A DNA stretch of 64,000 nt. Source: Gracilinanus agilis. Taxonomy: Eukaryota. Within the stretch, counting starts at the first letter, position 1, and every line of letters begins with the position of its first letter. The stretch spans positions 298,805,093 through 298,869,092 of the forward strand of contig NC_058135.1 of NCBI RefSeq assembly GCF_016433145.1, given 5' to 3'. The position numbers were made by a program, and so were the translations under genes. Shown here piece by piece: positions 49,101 through 64,000 of the stretch. A model generated the notes under the pieces. The model was not told where the DNA came from. It ran no database searches and was given only the letters and a program-made list of their open reading frames with translations.

Positions 49101-49863
49101 TAACTTACATAAAGGAGGGTGTTCTGATAGCCTGGAAGACTGTTTAGACTAGGTATAATCTATATGTAGAAATACATTTTGTGTGCCAACTTTTATGTAA
49201 CTGGCATAACCTTGAACTCTTTTCTGTTTGGGTTTGAAATGTAAATTTTCCCAGAAGTTATATGACTGAGAGAGAAAGGTATAAAAAAAATCAAGATTTC
49301 CAGAAACTTCTCAAAATAGTTTCCAGAAATCCACTGTCTCTGACTCTCTCTTTCTTTCTAAACTGTCACACCTCTCAAGATAACTAGATCTGCTTGCTGG
49401 CTTCCAGCAGGGGTCTTCTGTTTGGAATTGGAATAACGGGAGTGCTGTGTAGCCCAGTGTCCTTATATGAAAGATGTAGGGAGTTGGAGGAGGATTTCAG
49501 GTAACGTCCAACTCTAGGATTTATTTCTGTTGTTAAATTGAAATCCTATGAAACCCTGGCTTCTGGAACCCGAGTTTCCTTATCTGTGAAATGGGAATAT
49601 TGACACCTGATTCACCTGGCTTTGGTCAGGCTAAGTAAGACGTTACACATATATAGAGGAAATTCTTTAGTGACCTGGAAGCCTGGTAACAGTCATTACT
49701 GGTCCCTTTGTAAATAACTAAGGTCCTAGAGAATCGAATGAAAAAATAGTTGAAATAATTAGTAAAGTTGAAGGACATAAAATATATCCATCTAAATCAT
49801 TGGCATTTCTACATAATATCAAAAAAGGTCAGCAGCAGAGAAATCCTGTTTAAAATAACTATA

Positions 49864-50010
49864 GGGGCAGCTGGGTGGCTCAGAGGATTGAGTCAAGCCT
49901 AGAGACAGGAGGTCCTACGTTCAAATCTGGCCTCAGACACTTCCTAGCTGTGTGAACCTGGGCAAGTCATTTGACCCCCATTACCTAGCCCTTACCACTC
50001 TTCCGGTATC
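49864..50010 (+). mobile_element. SINE
   Basis: GGGGCAGCTGGGTGGCTCAG...GGCAAGTCATTTGACCCCCATT. Confidence 0.85.
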
Positions 50011-51148
50011 AAGGTGATAGATGCATGGTGATTTTCTATGTGAAATAATTATTTTCATTACACATTCAGCCTAATGGAAGTAATTGGATTACCAATAGTT
50101 TTATTCCATATTTGAAATCCAAAATACCATTTGTTATTTTTTTTCATTTCTGCTTTAGAAGAATTTTTGGGAAAACATTATATGGGAAATGACACTAACT
50201 ACAAATGATTTCTAAAGAGCAAAGATATTGTTTCTTTCCTATATTAACTCCTCTAGATCCAGATGCCATGAAATGATGAATTAAGGCATTTGAGAATAGG
50301 GTTAGAATTTTTTAAAACTTAAATACTTAATTGTACATATTGTCATAAAGCAAATGATAATTTCTTGTTTCCACTTTTAATGTATGTTGCATTTGTTTTG
50401 CTTGTAGTTTTATATTTAACACGAGAATTAACTTTTAAATCTCATGTCATCTATTTCTTATTTGATCATGAATTCTTCCCTTATCAATAAACTGACCTGA
50501 AAGGCAAATTATTCTATGCTCCCTTCATTTGTGTGTGGGATCACACTTTAGGGCTAAATCATATGCCCATTTAGACCTAATCTTAGAAGCACTGATGACA
50601 TCGTAGAGTGAATTGTCAGATTGAGAGCTAAGTGTGAATGTCTGTGGTTTCTGTGATACATAGTATAAGAGAGAAAATGAGACTGACCCTAAATTATTTT
50701 TATCTGATCCAAAGTAGCAGGGGGAAAGATGGAAAAATAGGAGAGATATACTTTCCTCACTACTCCATTTAGCTTGCTATTCTCTGGCCAGCATTAGAGG
50801 GCCCTAGCCATGCTCACTGAGAAGTCCTGCCAGCAACAAAACTAAAAGAGAAAAGCTTGGATATCCGCTCTTGCCTCGGTTTACCAAACCCTTTCTCTGC
50901 CCACTAACTCTCAGAAATATCATCTGAGGAGCCAAGCATGTCTTTCTATTTTACCTGTCTCATGATCTCCTGACTCTATTGGTGCCTTTTTGCTGCTGCC
51001 ATTCTATCCTTCATTCAATGGTATCATTTATGTAATCCTGAGTCAAGTTCAGGATCATGCCAGGTGTGCTGCCTGAAAAAGGGGGAGGGTTAATTTCCTT
51101 CACACAATAGCAAGACTGGAGATACATCTTTCCACATAGCCTGTGTTC

Positions 51149-57166
<6,018 letters not shown>

Positions 57167-57279
57167 TGTGAGAGTCACCAACGTGCCAGAGCCCCAGTCA
57201 CAGAGGTAGGAGCTGGGGAAGGTAAAAGGCAGGCGAGGGGAGGAGAAGGGGTTTTTGTACCTGCCCCCAGAACTAACTG

Positions 57280-57473
57280 GCTCTCTGGGCTGGGGGTTTG
57301 TCTCTGAGCTTTCCTGATCTCTTGATCTCTGGCAAGCCCAGCCTGAGCAAGCTGAATTAGGAATGCGATCTTGAAAGGCTGAGACCTCTCCCCCCGCTCT
57401 CTCTCATACTCTCTCTACCAATAAATGCTTATCAATCTGTTAATGAGCCCCCAGATCCATGCTTACTTATAAC
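57280..57473 (+). mobile_element. LTR 3' part
   Basis: AATAAA ~57420 followed by U5-like tract ending TTATAACA. Confidence 0.45.
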
Positions 57474-58447
57474 ACTATGGAAGGCACTGAAGTAATACCA
57501 GACTATTCTAAATCCATGAGAAAGGAGAGAATGTGTTCCAGAGAGCCCAGAGACTCAGGACGCAGCCCAGGTGGCCTATCCTCAGAGAAGGCTGAGCTGA
57601 TCTTGGATCATTTCTTTACTGATCCTGCTTACCAGTAACTGCTTTTTTCTGGTAACTGCCTGAGTCCTGGTTCTCTGCCTCCTGACTCAGCTCCACAGTC
57701 AGCCAGCCTATAATAGGTGAAGTGCAGAATCCAGCTCTTGGGCACTTCATCACTGTTTTGGCCCCATTTCAAGGCATTAGCTGGCCTTAGAAGACCAGGA
57801 AGTCATGTCTAGTCTTTCCACACCCCAAACCCATCTCAGATATGTCTGGGTTGCTGCCCAATCAGGGTCCTGACCTTGCACTGAGCTCACACAAGAATCT
57901 CTTCTTAGTCTGAGGAGAGAAGAAGGGCTGGGGCATTGCTGGCCCCTTATTACTGATTATTGCAGTCAGTCACAGTGTCCCTGATTATCCCAGCTCTATA
58001 ACCAATGGTGATCCTCCATCCTAGGATAGAGATCACTTAGCCTGTCTGTTCTTTTTTTCTGGGCTCCCCCAAACCTATCAAAGAGATCTATCCTTCTGCT
58101 CAGTGTTTGGAGCATTAACAGAGGCAAGCCCCTAAGTCCTTTTATTGATAGGCAGCATTCCCCTCCTTGTCTTCCTTGGAGAGCTGCCTCAGTTTACACT
58201 TTGGTTAAATATCACCTCTAAAACCTGCAAATATGAGCTTTGCAATGTTGGACAGAACAGTAGATGTTCGCTAATGAAGACAAATCTATAGTATTTTTAG
58301 GAAGAGACCCCAAAGGGAAGAGATGATTTGCTTCTTGTACACCCTGAGCAGCAGAAATGCAAGAGGAGTGAATAACTGAAGAAAACAGTAGCAGCAGCAG
58401 AACATCAGAGAGACCAGAAAGAGGCTTCTTTTAAAAACTACAGACTA

Positions 58448-58642
58448 GGGGCAGCTGGGTAGCTCAGTGGATGGAGAGCCAGGCCTAGAGACAGGAGTTC
58501 CTAGGTTCAAATCCGGCCTCAGACACTTCCCAGCTGTGTGACCCTGGGCAAGTCACTTGACCCCCATTGCCTACCCTTACCAATCTTCCACCTATAAGTC
58601 AATACACAGAAGTTAAGGGTTTAAAATTAAAAAAAAAAAAAA
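58448..58642 (+). mobile_element. SINE1_Mdo-type SINE
   Basis: Full-length with A-tail; TSD TACAGACTA. Confidence 0.95.
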
Positions 58643-59199
58643 TACAGACTAAGAGAAAGGGAGGAAGGAAGAAACCCAGGAGGGCCAAAGATGAAGGCGA
58701 AGACAGAGAGGATCATGAGAAGAATCTTGTGACGTCCCATCTGCTCCAGGAGGATGCTTGTTGTGTTGGACTGCAGGACCACAGGGGAGAAGAGGAGGTA
58801 GATACAGAGAAGACAGGGACACACACGGGGCATCTCAAGAACGAGAAACTCTCATTTCCATTCCCTCTACATTCAGCACCTGTTCTGCATTTCTGGGGAT
58901 TCCCCAAGAGGCAAAAGATAGTCCTTGCCCTCCAGGAGCTCACAGTCCAATGGGGAAGGGAGGCAATCCACAGACACGTGTGGAAACAAAACAAGCTGTC
59001 TAGAAGAAATGGGGAAGAATGGAAAGAATGAAGGTACTCTTAAGAGGGACGAGGGAATGTTTCCTGTAGAAAGCTTTTAGTCTTTAGTTGGGACTGACAG
59101 GAAGTTTAAAGGGGTCAGTGATCTGAAGTGTGGAGGAAAAATATTCCAGACATGAGATAAAGCTACTGAAAAAGCCTGGAAATAGACACAGCCAGATCA

Positions 59200-59370
59200 C
59201 AGGGTGGATTGAATGCCAGATCTGGAATCAAGAGGACCTGGGTTCAAATGTGACCTCAGTCACTTCCTAGCTATGTGATCCTGGGTAAATCACTTAACTC
59301 AGCCTGCCTAGCCCTCATCACTCATCTAACTTAGAGCTGATTCTGAGATGGAAGGTAAGGGTTAAAAAAA
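59200..59370 (+). mobile_element. SINE
   Basis: GGGTTCAAATGTGACCTCAG...CACTTCCTAGCTATGTGATCCTGGG plus A-tail. Confidence 0.75.
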
Positions 59371-59451
59371 AACCACACCTTTTCCATTTGGGGGCAGTTA
59401 GGTGACTCTGTGAATAGAGAACTAGAATTAGAGACAAGAGGTCCTGGGTTC

Positions 59452-60205
59452 TATAAGATGGTCATTTGACCGGTGACTGGGTTAATTGAGACCAAGTCTG
59501 TTGATGGTGATTCCTCCCTCGAATACAGAGCAAGATGAATACTCTATATCCTAGGCCTCTTAGACACGCAATCTGACTCTAGCTTTCAAAGAGAAACAGG
59601 TTTATTATAGATGATAAACTAGATTAGGTAAGGACTGAGGGCTAGGAAATTCCCTACCTTTCTACCTTTCCCAGACCACTGACTTTGCAAAAAGGCACTT
59701 CAGTCCCCATCAGAGTCGGGGCTACATTGGCTCCCTCTGACTCAAATCCCCAGTCCTGTCTAGCTACCCTAAGCTAAGCCCATGCAAATATAGTCTTTGA
59801 TGAAAGCCAGAAATAGCTGGTGACTCAGGCACTGGTGCCAGGAGTGACCTAGTCACTCAGGTGTAGGCAAAGCCCACCAAGGTAACTCAGAAGTCCAGAT
59901 CCCTGTCACTGGCAGGTTCTCTTGAGAGGTCAATAGATGTTACTTCTGTGGCTGGGATCACAGAGGGAAAACTGGAACAGAATAGATGACTCAGGTAGAT
60001 TTCCCACAGGATGAGGAGAGAGATTAAGTCAGGAGCTGTTTCCTTCTCCACAGTCCCCCACTCTCTCCCAGCTGACTATTAATTAACCTCCTCAGAATCC
60101 TTCCCCAGGAGATCGCCTCCTGTACTTCCTGGTTTCTTGCATTATGTCAACCTTCTGTCTCTCCACTCCGGTCTTTTACCTTTTTTCCCAAATTCCTCCT
60201 TATGA
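59452..60205 (-). mobile_element. Solo LTR inserted into a SINE (SINE halves 59391-59451 and 60206-60300)
   Basis: SINE splits at its B-box; 4-bp TSD GTTC (59448-59451 / 60206-60209); minus-strand AATAAA ~59605. Confidence 0.75.
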
Positions 60206-61256
60206 GTTCAAATATGACCCCCTACCTATGTGACCCTGGGTAAGCTACTTATCCCCAATTGCCTACCTCTTACCCATCTTCTGAGGGTAATCAAAAAAAT
60301 TAAAAAAAATGCCTGAGGAATCAAAGCTCTGCGCTTCTGAGCACATCAACTTATTAAAGCAAAGCGTACCAACTGCCTGACCAATAAGGACGAGGCCCTT
60401 TCCTGGGCTTAGGGCTGGACATCGAAATCAGGAGGGAAAGAGACTGATCTACCTTAGAAGAGATGAATTAAATTAGACCAACGAATGCAAAGGAAATAAT
60501 CCAATGCTGGATCACCTGCTTCCTATTTGGAGAAAAGGTTAGGGACCTGCCAAGATGAGACGGGGAAGAGAAACAGAGGAAGTTCCCTGAAAAGGGGTTC
60601 CCCTCCTTCCCAATGTCTGTAAACAATCAAAAGAACAAAGAAGCAATAAGTGATTGATTAATATGGACCCAATTAGGAGCTAAGACTCACTGAAAGCCTG
60701 AGACTTACAATTAGGAGAAAACTCCTTCCATCCGTCTCAGAATCTGGCTGTGTTTCTGGTCAACCTAAGCTCAAGCCTTAGCTGAGGGTCTCTAAACAGC
60801 AGGTACAGGCGGTCCAGTTTCCCAGCCAGGCAGGGGAGGTAAAAATAATGTAATGTGGCTTTCTCCCAATTTTCCCCATTGAATAAACTTACCTCTCCAG
60901 ACAGAATTTGGACGAGGCACACAGCTGAACAGAAGGGAACCGAGCCAGCTCCAGAACTGAGTGACAACATGGAGAATGTTTCCATAATTCACCTCTTGCT
61001 GCCCCAAAGCCCTCCCCCCTTCCTTCCCAAGAGGGAATCAGCTCAGTAGATGGCACAAGGTCGGGCTGTCCCAGCTTCTTCACACACCCTACAGGAAATG
61101 CTGAGACCATGCTTTAGGGGAATTATTATGGGGAAAACTAGGGGAGTTGACTTAAATATTAAATGTGGGTCCAGAAGGATGTGAGGGAGACAGGAATGAC
61201 AGAAGGTAGGACCAAACAAGGAAGGGAGACTGGGTTATAACTGCTAAGGAAATATC

Positions 61257-61818
61257 TGTTAACACAAGTGGCAGTTAGGCCTAACTGCCACTCTGCACCA
61301 TCTAGACAAGGGCCTATGGAAACTAGCAAGCAAATGGTAAGAGTTTATAACAATGTTAATTAAGGAAACTATGGTAAAGGATGGGAATAGGGTTTTCTAC
61401 ACTTTCAGACTAAGGGCAAACCACAGGGTCAGGGGAGGGACTTATCTACACTCAACTGAGACCTAAGCAAGACGGGGTCCAGAGAATAGCAGGACTGAAG
61501 TGGGTATCCTCAACACACAGTCCAGACACACTCCAGCGATGTACCAGCTCCTCCAGGACCACTAGCAGTACTCTTTCAGGTGGGTAGATTCTGGGAGCTA
61601 ACCCAGCCCAAGTTAACCTGCAACTCAGGTTGGGATTAATAGTCTCTACCAAAATCTCCCACAAGAAGATGTCAGTCTTCCTTCAGGATCTCTGGAAATC
61701 TGAGGTCTCCTAGGGTCAGTTACAACTTGTCCCATCCACCATGGAGCAAGGCCCATTTCCTGCTTCCCCATTCCATTTGGAATTCTCAAGCCCTTCCTGT
61801 TAGGTCTCCTAAATAACA
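61257..61818 (-). mobile_element. Solo LTR (paralog of 25803-26392)
   Basis: TGTT...AACA termini; reverse-complement homology to 25803-26392. Confidence 0.8.
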
Positions 61819-62049
61819 ACTAAGTAATCCTCCTCACAACAGAATACCGAGAACAGAGATTTTCTGGAAACAGCAGCCATGTCAGTCTCAGCATCTTTCC
61901 TCAGAGAGGGGGAGCTCCACTCTTTGGTCCACATAAATTTCTCTAGTGAAACCTCACAGAAGCAGCTTCAGATTGAACAGAATTCTTAGAGTATGAAATC
62001 CAAAAATATAATCCAGGAGAAAAAAATGTTATTTCACCCCTCGTGAGAG

Positions 62050-63250
62050 GGTATCTGACAGGGCTAAATAAAATCATAACAAAATTCATTTGGGAAAAAC
62101 AAAAGATCAACCATATCAAAGAAAATGATGAAAAGAAGCCGGGATAACTGGGGAACAGCCCTGCCAGAACTCAGACCAGATCACAAGTCAGCAATCATTC
62201 TAAACCTGGGGTTCTGGTAAGACAAGTAGATAAAGCAATGGAGCAGATGAAAGAGAATACCTCCTGCCAAGTGGCAAACAAGCAATTTGGGAGAAAATTC
62301 CTTATTTGGTAAAAACTGCTAAGAAAACTGGAATGCAGCCTAGAAGGAAATGAGGCTCAGAGCATAAGCCTACACTAAACTCTACTAGACATGGTTTAAG
62401 GAAATGAGAGCTTAATATTAAAGATCTCACTATAAGAAGGTAGGAGAGAGACAGCTCATACACATCATCTCATAGCTACAGGGAGACGGATAGAGAATAT
62501 TTTATTTTCTCCCCAATTAGAGGCAAAAACAATTTCTAACATTCATTTTTTTTTAAATTGTGTCCCAAATAGTCTCTCTCCCTCCCTTCCCCCTCCCTGA
62601 GAGAGTGAGCAATCTGATCTAGACTTTAGCTGAGCAATCAGGTAGAATATTTTTCCTTATTAGTTATTTTGTGGAAGAAATCTCAAACCAAAGAAAACAA
62701 ACGTAAGGAAAAATGGGAAGCATGCTTTGGTCTGAATTCAGAGTCCATCAGTTCTTTCTCTGAAAGCAGATGGTTCTTCTCATCACAAGTTCTTTGTTCT
62801 TGTTCTACACTGAATTACTGTAGAAAGTTGAATTGTTCACAGCTTCTGATCACACTATGTTGCTGTTATCCTATAAAATGTTATTCCTCATAGCCCAACG
62901 GAGTTATACACCACAACTTGTTCGGCCACTCCCCATTTCCAATTCTCTGCTATCACAAAAAGATCTACTATATAAATATCTTTGTATAAATAGGTTGCCT
63001 CCCCCTCTTGGGGATCTCTCTGGGATACATGCCTAGGTCAAAGTGTATGCACAGTTTGAAAGCCATTTGAGCAAAGTTCCAATATGGCCCCCCCAAATGG
63101 TCAATCAATGGACAACAACTCCACCAACAATGCACGAGCATCCTAGCTTTCACACATCTCCGAAGTGATCATTTTCTTTTTTGCTGGCACGATGGCCAAG
63201 ATGACAGGCATGAGAGGGTGCCTCAGAGGTGTTTTACTTTGCACTTCAAG
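62050..63250. mobile_element. Old L1 fragments: ORF2 (+, ~62050-62500) and 3' end (-, ~62510-63250)
   Basis: ACAAAATTCATTTGGGAAAAACAAAAGATC... (ORF2) and GGCATGAGAGGGTGCCTCAGAGGTGTTTTACTTTGCAC (antisense ORF2 end/3'UTR). Confidence 0.7.
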
Positions 63251-64000
63251 GAAGTGCCAAACTTGAGATAAAGGCAATTACCAAAAAAAAAAAAAAATTG
63301 AAGTTTGATTACATAAAACAGAAAAACTTCTACATAGAACCTTAATCTCTGTTTGCCTCAGTTTCCTCAACTGTGAAATTATAGGAATAAAAACATTTAC
63401 CCCAGAGGGTTATTTTACACAGAAACCTAAACATTTCTGACTGGCCCAAACTCCTTTTATATCATAGGGATAGCTTCCCTGTTTGAAGGGTCCAGCCTAT
63501 TTCCTCCCTGTATCTTCTGTCTCAAGCCTTCCCTACACTCAACTATCCCCTTCATTCCTCCTCCAAATCACCTCATCACCTTTATCTCTCCTCACTACCC
63601 AAATTGCCTGAGACCCGCCTAGATTACCCACTTCTTTATAACACAGGCACACATCAGGGTGTTCCTCCACACTGGCTGACTTGGGCTAAGAAGTCAGAGA
63701 GAAGAAGGAGACAGAGAGACCCGTGAAGACTTGAGGCAGAAGCCAGTAAGCAACACCAGGGGATAATGTCTTCCCTGAGGAAGGCACAGACCAGGGGACA
63801 CCCTCAGGCTCTGCTCCAGACCAGACTCAAGAGGGAACAGGTGAAAGGAAGCAGAGAAAGACAGTACGAGTGTCACCAGGCAAGCAGAGAGAGCAAAGAC
63901 ACAATCCCTAGACAGAGGAGTCAGTAGTCATCCTCAACACTCACTTGTGCCCAGGGAAAAATCCTTCATGGGGGGCAGTGCCTGGGGGAAGCTCTTGGGG

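Noticed and set aside
63939-63975. Minus-strand ATG plus GTGAGT donor as the ZNF start exon
   Set aside because: Phase 1 does not fit the phase-0 KRAB-A exon; at most a 5'UTR exon.

Overview
Eukaryotic genomic DNA, most likely a didelphid marsupial (Monodelphis-type). This is inferred from abundant SINE1_Mdo/MAR1-type SINEs and marsupial-type L1; there are no prokaryotic features and no CRISPR. The left ~40 kb is very GC/CpG-rich (subtelomere-like) and carries three coding exons of ODF3 (-, runs off the window), a complete SCGB1C1 (-), an intronless MYADM-family paralog (+) and an intact olfactory receptor (-) whose first 128 codons all end in G/C. These are interleaved with many LTRs, two hAT MITEs and a decayed ERV whose Gag begins with a predicted transmembrane segment instead of a myristoylation signal. 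A tRNA-Arg(ACG) is cut by a 500-N gap at 40789-41288. Beyond the gap the sequence is AT-richer: a probably 5'-inverted L1, a betaretrovirus-like remnant, an intronless Ras pseudogene with oncogene-like residues at 12/13/59/61 and an intact CaaX, and a KRAB zinc-finger gene (-). Most interesting: the TM-anchored capsid ORF, the Ras relic, the MYADM paralog, and direct in-window signs of GC-biased gene conversion. All family assignments come from recalled sequences, not database searches.
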